Assembly: GCA_030606485.1 (NCBI GenBank)
Contig: JAUWGH010000008.1
Location: 180,001 to 212,000, forward strand
Source: Promethearchaeota archaeon
GTDB lineage: Archaea > Asgardarchaeota > Lokiarchaeia > Sigyniarchaeales > SOKP01
DNA: 32,000 nucleotides
Reading direction: 5' to 3'
The notes under the pieces were generated by a model that was not told the DNA's origin, did no database searches, and was given only the letters and a program-made list of their open reading frames with translations. Shown here piece after piece: positions 17,279 through 25,731 of the stretch. Every line of letters begins with the position of its first letter. Within the stretch, counting starts at the first letter, position 1. A program made the translations under genes and the position numbers.

Positions 17279-19279
17279 ATGAGTAAAACATTAGCTTTAA
17301 TTGGAAATCCTAATGTAGGAAAAACTGTTGTTTTTAACGAACTTACCGGAGAGATGGGTCATGTTGCAAACTGGCCAGGCGTAACTGTTGAAAAAAAAGA
17401 AGGAAAAATGGATGATATCAATGTAGTGGATTTACCTGGGGTTTATTGTTTATCTCCTGCTGCTATTGACGAGTTGATTGCAAGGAATTTTATTATAAAA
17501 GATAACCCAAATGTAATAGTTGATATTTTGGATGCGACAAATCTGGAAAGAAATCTCTATTTAGCATTTTTACTGAAAGAACTTGAAGTACCTATTGTTT
17601 TTGTTTTAAATTTAATGGATGCTGCAAAAGATAGAGGAATTAAAATTGATGTCCAAAAATTATCTGAATTAATAAATGCACCAATTGTGCCAACTGCGGC
17701 TATTAAAGGAGAGGGTATTGATGAAGCCAGGGAAATGATTAAAAAAATCTTCGAAGATAAAAAGTTAGCTGAGAAATCTACTCGCCCTATAAAATATTCC
17801 AAGGAATTAGAAGATAAAATCAACCAGACAATGGAAATATTAGGTGAATATACTCCAAAATTTCTCACAGAAAAGCGGAGATGGGTTGCAATAAAACTAC
17901 TTGAAGGTGACAAAGAAGTTCAAAAAGAATTAACTTCAATTTCTAATGGAAGTAAGGTTATCGAAGAGGTTAAGAATTTTTGTACAGGAACCGAGGAATT
18001 TGATCTGGCAGGTGAACGATATAATAAAATTGGTGAAATAATAAAACAAACTTATATTCGGAAAAAAGATGTGGTTACGATTTCAGATATTTTAGATAAA
18101 GTTTTTCTGCATAAATATTTCGGAATTCCCATATTTCTCTTAATAATGTGGGGTATGTTCGAATTTACATTCAGAGTATCCGCACCTTTAGTTACTTTAG
18201 TTGAATATCTTTTGGGACTTGCAGGTCAAGTTTTCGAAGCCATATGGCCCGAAGATGCTTGGTATTTATCATTTGTGAATGATGGTCTCATTGGTGGGTT
18301 TGGAGCAGTACTCGGATTTGTGCCTTTAATCTTCATGATGTATCTGGTCCTTTCTTTCTTGGAAGATTCAGGGTATCTCTCACGAGCAGCGTTTAATATG
18401 GATAGATTAATGTACAAACTAGGATTACATGGGAGATCTTTTGTTTCGATGATATTAGGGTTTGGGTGTAATATTCCTGCTGTTATGTCTTGCAGAGCTA
18501 TTGAATCAGAAGAAGATAGATTAACTACAATATTAGTAAATCAAAATATATCATGTGGAGCCAGATTACCGGTTTATATTCTATTAGGCGCATTTATGTG
18601 GCCTGGAGCGACTGGGACAATTGTATTTAGCCTATACCTCCTAGGAATAGTAATTGCTATTCTTATGGCTTTATTCTTTAGAAAAGTGATCTTTAAGGGT
18701 GAAGCCGCACCATTTATGTTGGAGTTAGGAGATTATCGAATGCCAACTGCAAAATATACCGGAATTCATATGTGGGAAAGAGGAAGAGAATTTATCAAAA
18801 AAGCTGGGCTGATTATTTTTACAGTTGTGGTTTTATTGTGGTTACTTCAAAATTTACCATGGGGTACCGAACCAGAAAATTCTGCTTTAGCTTTTATTGG
18901 AAAATTATTTCAACCGTTATTTGCGCCTTTAAATTGGAGTTGGATAGCAGCAGTAGGTATTATTTTTGGATTTTTAGCTAAAGAAGTCGTAGTTGCAGCT
19001 TTTGGATTGATTTTATCAGGTCAAGAAGACCCCGAAGGTCTGGGAAGTTTAGTTGTAGGAGCTTTACCAGCAGTTGGAGTTGCCGCAGCAGCATTACCTG
19101 CACTGGTCTATGGATATTTAGTCTTTGTTCTATTATATACTCCTTGCATAGCTCATCTCGGTGCTGTATACAAGGAAACAGGCTCGAAAAAATGGACTCT
19201 CGTCTCTGCCACTTATGGTATTGCACTTGGATACATATTGGCTTTAATAATTAATTTGATCGGAGGTGTATATTTCTAA
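17279..19279 (+). CDS. feoB: Ferrous iron transport protein B
   Basis: 666 aa with GNPNVGKT, NWPGVTVE, DLPG, LEDSGYLSRAAF, GFGCNIP, SCGARLP and LLYTPC motifs. Confidence 0.97.
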   Translation: MSKTLALIGNPNVGKTVVFNELTGEMGHVANWPGVTVEKKEGKMDDINVVDLPGVYCLSPAAIDELIARNFIIKDNPNVIVDILDATNLERNLYLAFLLKELEVPIVFVLNLMDAAKDRGIKIDVQKLSELINAPIVPTAAIKGEGIDEAREMIKKIFEDKKLAEKSTRPIKYSKELEDKINQTMEILGEYTPKFLTEKRRWVAIKLLEGDKEVQKELTSISNGSKVIEEVKNFCTGTEEFDLAGERYNKIGEIIKQTYIRKKDVVTISDILDKVFLHKYFGIPIFLLIMWGMFEFTFRVSAPLVTLVEYLLGLAGQVFEAIWPEDAWYLSFVNDGLIGGFGAVLGFVPLIFMMYLVLSFLEDSGYLSRAAFNMDRLMYKLGLHGRSFVSMILGFGCNIPAVMSCRAIESEEDRLTTILVNQNISCGARLPVYILLGAFMWPGATGTIVFSLYLLGIVIAILMALFFRKVIFKGEAAPFMLELGDYRMPTAKYTGIHMWERGREFIKKAGLIIFTVVVLLWLLQNLPWGTEPENSALAFIGKLFQPLFAPLNWSWIAAVGIIFGFLAKEVVVAAFGLILSGQEDPEGLGSLVVGALPAVGVAAAALPALVYGYLVFVLLYTPCIAHLGAVYKETGSKKWTLVSATYGIALGYILALIINLIGGVYF

Positions 19280-19764
19280 TGGAAATTGTAGAACAAAAGC
19301 GTTCTAGATTAATCATAATCGCCTTGGTATTTGGTCTTATTTATTTGTTTAATACAATCATGGAATTTATTCACATTGGCTTAGAAGAACCTTTGTTTTT
19401 CTTGTTCTCATCTCCTGGAGATGCCGTTTTTGAAACAGCATATCTAGATCATTTCGCTAAAGCCCTAGTTAGTTTGTTAATTACAGCTGTATTTCTTTAT
19501 AGCATTCCACAACTCAAAAAAGGTACACTTGAAGGATTTGGATTTATAATTGGAGCCGGAATTCTTGCAATTGGAATTGGGTTTTTGTTCATTGCAGAAT
19601 GGATAGCAAATGTTATTGATTTTGCAATCCAAGGTTTATCTGATCTTGCAGTCTGGGAGGACTTTGTCTTTACCGATGGAATTCGTATTGAATGGTTCAT
19701 TGGAATTGGCTCGATTTCTATCTTACTAATTTGGAAAAATCGTGAAAACTATTTAATTTCTTAA
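19279..19764 (+). CDS. Uncharacterised 4-TM membrane protein, translationally coupled to feoB
   Basis: 161 aa. TAATG overlap with the feoB stop, GGAGGTG SD at 19262-19268, four hydrophobic segments. Confidence 0.85.
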   Translation: MEIVEQKRSRLIIIALVFGLIYLFNTIMEFIHIGLEEPLFFLFSSPGDAVFETAYLDHFAKALVSLLITAVFLYSIPQLKKGTLEGFGFIIGAGILAIGIGFLFIAEWIANVIDFAIQGLSDLAVWEDFVFTDGIRIEWFIGIGSISILLIWKNRENYLIS

Positions 19765-19790
19765 TTTTTTTTTTTTTATTTTTTATTTTA
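19765..19790 (+). terminator. Archaeal oligo-T terminator closing the feo operon
   Basis: 13 consecutive T immediately after the stop at 19764, followed by further T tracts. Confidence 0.65.
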
Positions 19791-19854
19791 ATTTTATATT
19801 TATAAAAAAATTAGTTCATTATTTTTCAATAATTTTTAAGCAAGGTGATTAGGT

Positions 19855-20514
19855 ATGGGATTAATAGCGAAATTGATGGTGAAAATGGTAAATCAATGTC
19901 GTAAGCCGAAGGGAAGATTTGGAAGAATTGTGGCTAAAGGAATGAATAAGGGATCTCATGCTAAAATGGCTGCATGGAGTTTAAACCATATTTCAGTTAA
20001 ACCTGAAGATATTATCTTAGATATTGGCTGTGGTGGCGGTAGAAATGTTAAGGTTTTGGCAAAGATTGCCTTAGAAGGAAAAGTCTACGGCATAGACAAT
20101 TCAGAAATTTCAGTTAAAATTAGCAAGAAAGTCAATAAGGAATTAATTGAAAATGGTAATATTGAAATACAATATGCGTCTGTGTCGTCCTTGCCATTTA
20201 ATGAAGATACATTTGATTTGGTTACTGGTTATGAAACATATTACTTCTGGCCAGATTTGATTAACGATTTAAAAGGAATTTATAAGGTGCTTAAGCCGGG
20301 CGGGACTTTAGCTTGGATTAACGAGGGATATAAGTGTGAAAATGAGAAATATAGAAAAAGGAATGAAAAGTGGGCTAAAATAGGAAATTTTGAGATTCAT
20401 ACACCTGAGCAGTTCGAAGAATTTTTTAAAAAAGCTGGTTTTACTGAAATTGAGATTTTTACAGAGAAAAATAAAGGATGGATTATAGTGAAAGGCAAAA
20501 AGCCGGATATATAA
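19855..20514 (+). CDS. Class I SAM-dependent methyltransferase
   Basis: 219 aa with ILDIGCGGG, YGIDNS, LPFNEDTFDLV and VLKPGG motifs. Confidence 0.92.
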   Translation: MGLIAKLMVKMVNQCRKPKGRFGRIVAKGMNKGSHAKMAAWSLNHISVKPEDIILDIGCGGGRNVKVLAKIALEGKVYGIDNSEISVKISKKVNKELIENGNIEIQYASVSSLPFNEDTFDLVTGYETYYFWPDLINDLKGIYKVLKPGGTLAWINEGYKCENEKYRKRNEKWAKIGNFEIHTPEQFEEFFKKAGFTEIEIFTEKNKGWIIVKGKKPDI

Positions 20515-20587
20515 ACTAAATTATTCTCAATAATTAATTTAAATAAAAAATAATTAAAAAATAACAAATAAAAGGTGGAAGAAAAAA

Positions 20588-20983
20588 TTGGTTTCTAAAA
20601 ATATATGGAAAAAAGTTTGGCTCTTTTTTGGGATAATTTTTATATTTATATCAATTTTTATGATTTTTTTTGGTCCTTTACTCGCTTCAATTACGGGTAC
20701 AGCACCATTTTCTGATCGCGCAAGAGCAATGATAAGTTTTCTATGGATCTGGATGTTTATTTATAATGGAATTGGCAATTTCTTTTTATATAGAGATATA
20801 GAGAAGAATAAGGTCCTATTAATTTTGGGAATTCCAGCAGGATTAGCATTTACCATCTTACAATCTATATATATGGTGATTGGCTATTTCGAAATTGTTC
20901 TTTCAGAAGTAATCTGGGCAATCTTACCCTTGATTTGGTCTATTATTATAATTATTTATTTCCTCGATCAAAAGAAAAAATAG
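20588..20983 (+). CDS. Hypothetical 4-TM membrane protein
   Basis: 131 aa, TTG start with AGGTGG SD, four hydrophobic helices. Confidence 0.75.
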   Translation: MVSKNIWKKVWLFFGIIFIFISIFMIFFGPLLASITGTAPFSDRARAMISFLWIWMFIYNGIGNFFLYRDIEKNKVLLILGIPAGLAFTILQSIYMVIGYFEIVLSEVIWAILPLIWSIIIIIYFLDQKKK

Positions 20984-21109
20984 TAGATATGCATTAAAAA
21001 TTCCAATGAAATTACGACATAACTTTATTTTTAAATTTTCGATTATTTTAGCCGTAAATTGTTGATTAACTCGGTTTACTCAAACCTATTTGAGAATAAA
21101 AGTGTAAAT

Positions 21110-22861
21110 TTATAGAAAAGGTTTCCACTTATTTTGATATTCCAGAATTGGTAGATTTAGTAGGGATTCTTCACTCAATTCTACATCACTTCTAACATAC
21201 AACCCTTCATAAATCCTTATATAATTAACCTTAAACTCCTCACGGTTTTTTAATTCTTGTTCCCAAATTTTAATTCCGTCCACATCATAGAAAAAATCAG
21301 GTCTTATGTTTAAAACATAATCTACTCTTAGAGTATAATTCTCTTGTAAACTTTGATTCTCTACAACATTTTTATCCGTTAAAATATAACCAAACTCGTA
21401 TATATCACATTTTGAAAAAAAAGGAATTGTTCCTGCGAAGTCATCAATTGCAATTGTTGAATTGGGATAATATTTATCAATCCACGAACAAATTTGGATA
21501 TTTTTTTGCATGCGAAAATAATAAAAATTTAGAAATGACGAATTTTGGTTAAATCTACCTAAAGAATCCATTATTATTGGACTAAACAAAAATAGACTCA
21601 GGATTCCGAATACTGTGATTTTAACTTGAGAGAGACTTAGAAATATTATATTTTCTCTCAGATCTTTCTTATTTAAAATTGTTCTTATACCAATATTTAG
21701 ACGGAATTTATTCCTTAATTTTTGGATTTTTTTATTTAAAAAATTAAATTCATTAAATATTTTATTCCATATTAATTTTCGATTTATTTTCCTGCTTGAA
21801 TAATTGAATAGTGGTTCAGAACAATATATAAATATTATTAGAAGTCCGGGCAGATACAACCTGAACCCAATCATCCAATCTCCGGTAAGAATTGCAATAA
21901 AAAAAATAAAAAAAACTATTGAAAAAAGATAAAACCTTGAAAAAACTATCCTTTTTCCTAGAAATTTTAGTTCAAATATTAATTTTATAAACGCAATTAT
22001 AATGAACAAACAAATATACGGAAATAATTTCATAAAATCATTAATAAAATTATATGGAAGTTGAAGTGGATTTGAAGCTTTTATATGAAATGAAAGTGGA
22101 AAAATTTCACCAAAATATAAAATTCTCCAAAGTGTGTAAATAAAATAAATTCCACCTACAATTAGGATTAAAATCAAATTTAAGAAAAAATATTCATGTT
22201 TTTCTTTATTAACACTTCTTTTATGCCTATATTTTAAAAGACCAAAAGCTAAAAATAATTGACTTATTAAATAAATGAAAATACCCTCAATTCTGGTCAA
22301 TGCGCTCCCAATAAATCCTATTATTAAAAATATAAATGCAGTTCTTTTTTTTTTTAATTCCAATTCTTCTATATGCAAATGTAGAAAAGATCCAATTGAA
22401 ATTAAAATGAAAAAAATATATAATTGCGTTTCTAACCCAGCTATCGCCCAAATTCCATAAAATGGAAGAATTGCAGTAAAGAATACCGGAATTATACTAC
22501 ATCTCTTATCTTTATTAAAATATTTTGGTATATGGTAAATCTGAAGTAAATTTATTATGCTTAATATCATTCCAAATATTTTCATAGAAATTAAAGGATC
22601 AAAATTTAATTTGATAAATAAACTCGCGATAATTATCCACAGAAAATTTGAATATGCCTCAACTGGTTTTCCCTCCTTGTTAAAAAAAATTGAACCATTT
22701 TTAGCCAAATTTTGAGAATAATGAAACGAAATATATGCATCATCGATAAAAAAATCAAAATAATACAACTCATAATACAATAAGATAAAAATTGAGATGG
22801 ATCCCAAAATAATGTCAATCAATATTTTACTATTTAGTTTCCTATTTTGCATTTTATTCAC
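21110..22861 (-). CDS. Polytopic GT-C-type (lipid-donor) glycosyltransferase-like membrane protein
   Basis: 583 aa. After TM1 has DDAYISFHYSQNLA...VEAYSNFLW, then GLETQL and TRIEG motifs, many TMs and a soluble C-terminal domain with AGTIPFF. Confidence 0.75.
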   Translation of the reverse strand: MNKMQNRKLNSKILIDIILGSISIFILLYYELYYFDFFIDDAYISFHYSQNLAKNGSIFFNKEGKPVEAYSNFLWIIIASLFIKLNFDPLISMKIFGMILSIINLLQIYHIPKYFNKDKRCSIIPVFFTAILPFYGIWAIAGLETQLYIFFILISIGSFLHLHIEELELKKKRTAFIFLIIGFIGSALTRIEGIFIYLISQLFLAFGLLKYRHKRSVNKEKHEYFFLNLILILIVGGIYFIYTLWRILYFGEIFPLSFHIKASNPLQLPYNFINDFMKLFPYICLFIIIAFIKLIFELKFLGKRIVFSRFYLFSIVFFIFFIAILTGDWMIGFRLYLPGLLIIFIYCSEPLFNYSSRKINRKLIWNKIFNEFNFLNKKIQKLRNKFRLNIGIRTILNKKDLRENIIFLSLSQVKITVFGILSLFLFSPIIMDSLGRFNQNSSFLNFYYFRMQKNIQICSWIDKYYPNSTIAIDDFAGTIPFFSKCDIYEFGYILTDKNVVENQSLQENYTLRVDYVLNIRPDFFYDVDGIKIWEQELKNREEFKVNYIRIYEGLYVRSDVELSEESLLNLPILEYQNKWKPFL

Positions 22862-23038
22862 GTAAAAATTGCTAAGAATCTATAGATTTTCTTCCTTGGT
22901 AGCCATTTTATATTTTTAGTTATTATTTTACTTCTTTTTCCATCTTCATTTATTTATCCTAAAAATATAAAATTTAAGATTTATTCTTAAGATTATTATT
23001 TTATTAATTTTGAAATTTAAATCAAAACAAAAAAATCA

Positions 23039-23530
23039 ATGTCTCCAGATAAAGATAAAGGTAAAACAAATCAAAATCGAATTTCCAAAGACCAATATTT
23101 TATGGAAATTGCAGAACTCGTATCAAAAAGGTCTACATGTATTAAAAGAAAAGTAGGTGCCATATTAATTAAAGATAATCATATTCTTTCTACCGGATAT
23201 AATGGCGCTCCATCTGGATTTGCTCATTGTACTGCCCAAACATGTGTTAGACAAAATCTAAAACCTGGAGAACACCCAGAATTGTGTAGAGGGGTGCATG
23301 CCGAAGCTAATTGTATAATTCAAGCCGCACTTCATGGAACATCAATTGATGGAAATACCACATTATATTGTACAACGTTTCCTTGTATGTCTTGTTTAAA
23401 ATTGCTAATGAATGCAAAAGTAAATAGAATTGTATATAAAGAGGGTTATTTTATGGAGAACAAAGTAAAACAAGATTTGGTAGATGAATCAAAAATGAAA
23501 ATTGAGCAATTTTCTGTTAAAACAACTTAA
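23039..23530 (+). CDS. dCMP deaminase (ComEB-like cytidine/deoxycytidylate deaminase)
   Basis: 163 aa with [22 protein letters not shown] and PCMSC zinc motifs. Confidence 0.93.
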   Translation: MSPDKDKGKTNQNRISKDQYFMEIAELVSKRSTCIKRKVGAILIKDNHILSTGYNGAPSGFAHCTAQTCVRQNLKPGEHPELCRGVHAEANCIIQAALHGTSIDGNTTLYCTTFPCMSCLKLLMNAKVNRIVYKEGYFMENKVKQDLVDESKMKIEQFSVKTT

Positions 23531-23759
23531 TTTTTTTCTAATTGACTAACCGATTAACTATTAGATCTTTAAAAGATTTCAGGTCTTTCCAAGAAGTTGT
23601 ACACCGAATATTGTTTCCCTTTTCGCTTATTTTGGTTAAACCTTTTTTGGTAACTTCAATTTTTAATTTTTCAATTTTGATTAGTATTACTACTTTATAA
23701 ATAAGTATGAATTCATTTTTTTAAGCACGAATAACTTAATAATAAATTTTCTGATCATA

Positions 23760-24368
23760 ATGGAGAAATACCTAATTAAACCAGTCGGAATAGTAAAGAG
23801 TAACCGAAAAAAAGTTTGTTTAGCCAATGAAAATAACGACTTAAAACTTGATATTGATCTAGCATTAAAACAACATATCGAAATGAACATATCTGAAATC
23901 ATTATCGATAAAGAATATGAAGAATGTCTAGAAGGTATAGAGGATTTTTCACACCTTATTGTGTTTTTCTGGACGCATCTCATTTCTGAGAAAGCTCGTC
24001 AAATTAAAAAAGTACATCCTGCTGGGATTAAAAAATGTCCTTTTAAAGGAATTTTTGCAACTCGATCTCCAGTAAGACCCAACCCAATTTGTCAAATAAC
24101 AGTTAGACTTTTAGAAAGGAAAGGCAACGTATTAATAGTAGAAGATTTAGATGCCATTAATGGCACACCTATAATTGATATAAAACCCCACTTAACATTT
24201 TGGGATTCTCCTCTCGATGTTAAATTAGCTGATTGGGTTTATAAATTAATGGATTATTTAATTGAAAAAGGGGGATCTCCAAATTTACAAGGGCATTTTA
24301 ACTCGCATTCGCATGACATTCGCTCACACCCCTGCTTGCATTCACATTCCAATTCACATTCACATTAA
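23760..24368 (+). CDS. trmO: TrmO/TsaA-family tRNA m6t6A37 methyltransferase-like protein with a His-rich C-terminal tail
   Basis: 202 aa with IKPVGIV, LEGIEDFSH, GIFATRSPVRPNPI and LDAINGTPIIDIKP. Confidence 0.88.
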   Translation: MEKYLIKPVGIVKSNRKKVCLANENNDLKLDIDLALKQHIEMNISEIIIDKEYEECLEGIEDFSHLIVFFWTHLISEKARQIKKVHPAGIKKCPFKGIFATRSPVRPNPICQITVRLLERKGNVLIVEDLDAINGTPIIDIKPHLTFWDSPLDVKLADWVYKLMDYLIEKGGSPNLQGHFNSHSHDIRSHPCLHSHSNSHSH

Positions 24369-24434
24369 CAATTGGAAATAATCCTTTAAACCCTTTCGTG
24401 GTGAAATAACACCATTAGAGCTCTTAATAATATT

Positions 24435-24845
24435 TTAAAAATTATATAGTTCTACTCGCAAATTTCGGATCTTTGGTAAATTTTTCTCGGTCGTGTGAAG
24501 TTTTGCCTTCAGCTTTATCGCAACTGCAATCGCAATACAGTCATTATAGGATAATTTGGTGCGATATTGGCATTTTAAACGGCCAGCATCTAAAATTAAA
24601 TCGGGTGTTAATGCAATGAATTGAGCATTGATATCATATTGAAAGTTAATAATACAGTTTATGGCATGATCTTTCCCTTCAGTTACACAAAGATGTTTAA
24701 AAACTTCCACTAATATAATACTAGGTACAAACGCAGAAATTTTCTGTTCTTGAATGTTTTGAATTAATGCTTCTACTTTTTTAGGAGGAAATTTTCGGTA
24801 ATAAAGATAAATAGGGCCAGCATCTAAGCACGCACGAGGAGGCAT
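24435..24845 (-). CDS. vapC: PIN-domain (VapC-like) toxin
   Basis: 136 aa with CLDAG, ILVEV, LSYNDCIAIAVA and LHTTE. Directly abuts the upstream AbrB gene (0-nt gap). Confidence 0.88.
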   Translation of the reverse strand: MPPRACLDAGPIYLYYRKFPPKKVEALIQNIQEQKISAFVPSIILVEVFKHLCVTEGKDHAINCIINFQYDINAQFIALTPDLILDAGRLKCQYRTKLSYNDCIAIAVAIKLKAKLHTTEKNLPKIRNLRVELYNF

Positions 24846-25094
24846 CTATCTTTCTAACTCCATATCTTCCTTACGGGATTGTCTAAAAATTTCACGAGAT
24901 TCTTCTACGGTAAACGCTTTATTTCTTAAAGATTCTATAGGTTCAATAGGTATGAGTTGTATTCCCTTATTTTCATCTTCTTTTACCAAAATATAATCAC
25001 CATCATTGATATTATATTTTTTTCTTATTGCAGCGGGAATAGAAATCATACCCTTATTAGTAACTTTTACAAGTTTTTCTACCATTTTATTCAC
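24846..25094 (-). CDS. AbrB/MazE/SpoVT-family antitoxin
   Basis: 82 aa with VKVTNKGMISIPAAIRKKYNINDGD swapped-hairpin signature. Confidence 0.9.
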   Translation of the reverse strand: MNKMVEKLVKVTNKGMISIPAAIRKKYNINDGDYILVKEDENKGIQLIPIEPIESLRNKAFTVEESREIFRQSRKEDMELER

Positions 25095-25142
25095 TAAGTA
25101 AAATTAAAGATCCTTAGTATTTATATTTATTCTTAGTAATCT

Positions 25143-25307
25143 TTAAAAAATAGGTTTGAAAATAGAAATAAGAGATAAGATTGCAAATTCATCTAAAAGA
25201 AATTATGGTGCATAAAGTTGAAGCTCATCTTTAATAATTAATTCAGCAGTTAATAAGTCTTTAATTAATGCTGCAAATAATATATTAGCGCCAAGTACCA
25301 ATCTCAC
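25143..25307 (-). pseudogene. PIN-domain toxin pseudogene
   Basis: Not in the ORF track. GTG at 25307 overlaps the antitoxin TAG and reads MRLVLGANILFAALIKDLLTAELIIKDELQLYAP*FLLDEF. This matches the PIN N-terminal V-D-A-N-I-L pattern with the first catalytic Asp as Gly and an in-frame TAA at 25203-25205; similarity is lost shortly after. Confidence 0.8.
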
Positions 25308-25534
25308 TAATGATCCCCTTTACATCGTTTAGCCAAAAGTTTGCTTACTTCTCGTCCCAACATTTCTGCGTCTTTAGGTGAAATATCACTATTCACTCTA
25401 AAACCTTTTAAAAAATTAAGATCTGCTATTTTTTGTCTCATTGATGCCCTTGCAATCTCCGACCAATTAATTTCTGGGAATTTATCTATTTCTTTCTTTA
25501 GATCATCAGGGATTGAAAAAGTAAAATTCGTCAT
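25307..25534 (-). CDS. Ribbon-helix-helix antitoxin (archaeal VapB/CopG type)
   Basis: 75 aa: MTNFTFSIPDDLKKEIDKFPEINWSEIARASMRQKI. Confidence 0.85.
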   Translation of the reverse strand: MTNFTFSIPDDLKKEIDKFPEINWSEIARASMRQKIADLNFLKGFRVNSDISPKDAEMLGREVSKLLAKRCKGDH

Positions 25535-25731
25535 TTTAAAACCTCTTTCATGTTTTTTTAATATTTATTTACATATAAATATGTGAAAATATGTGAGTTT
25601 AAATTTTTGTAATATTTTAATATAAGATTAGGAGGTAGAAAGTGGAGCCACTCTTGAAGAAAAAACATTAAGCATAAGGAATACGATCAAGGTTTGGTAA
25701 TGCACTTCCTTTTTTATGTATAAATAAAGAA

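Noticed and set aside
22862-22906. Upstream in-frame ATG (22906) separated from the GT-C ORF by a TAG (MATKEENL*ILSNFY), suggesting pyrrolysine or readthrough
   Set aside because: The extension is not in a conserved domain, the ORF has its own GTG/ATG starts, and no pyl genes are in view. Compatible with chance.
24399-24414. Hairpin TGGTG-AAATAA-CACCA between the convergent trmO and vapC genes
   Set aside because: Only a 5-bp stem and no wider structure; not enough to call a terminator or ncRNA.
25631-25710. GC-richer intergenic patch with GGAGGT, a GTG and an AGTGG/CCACT mini-hairpin
   Set aside because: The ORF is only 9 codons and no tRNA, sRNA or IS-end pattern is recognisable. It may be an unidentifiable remnant.
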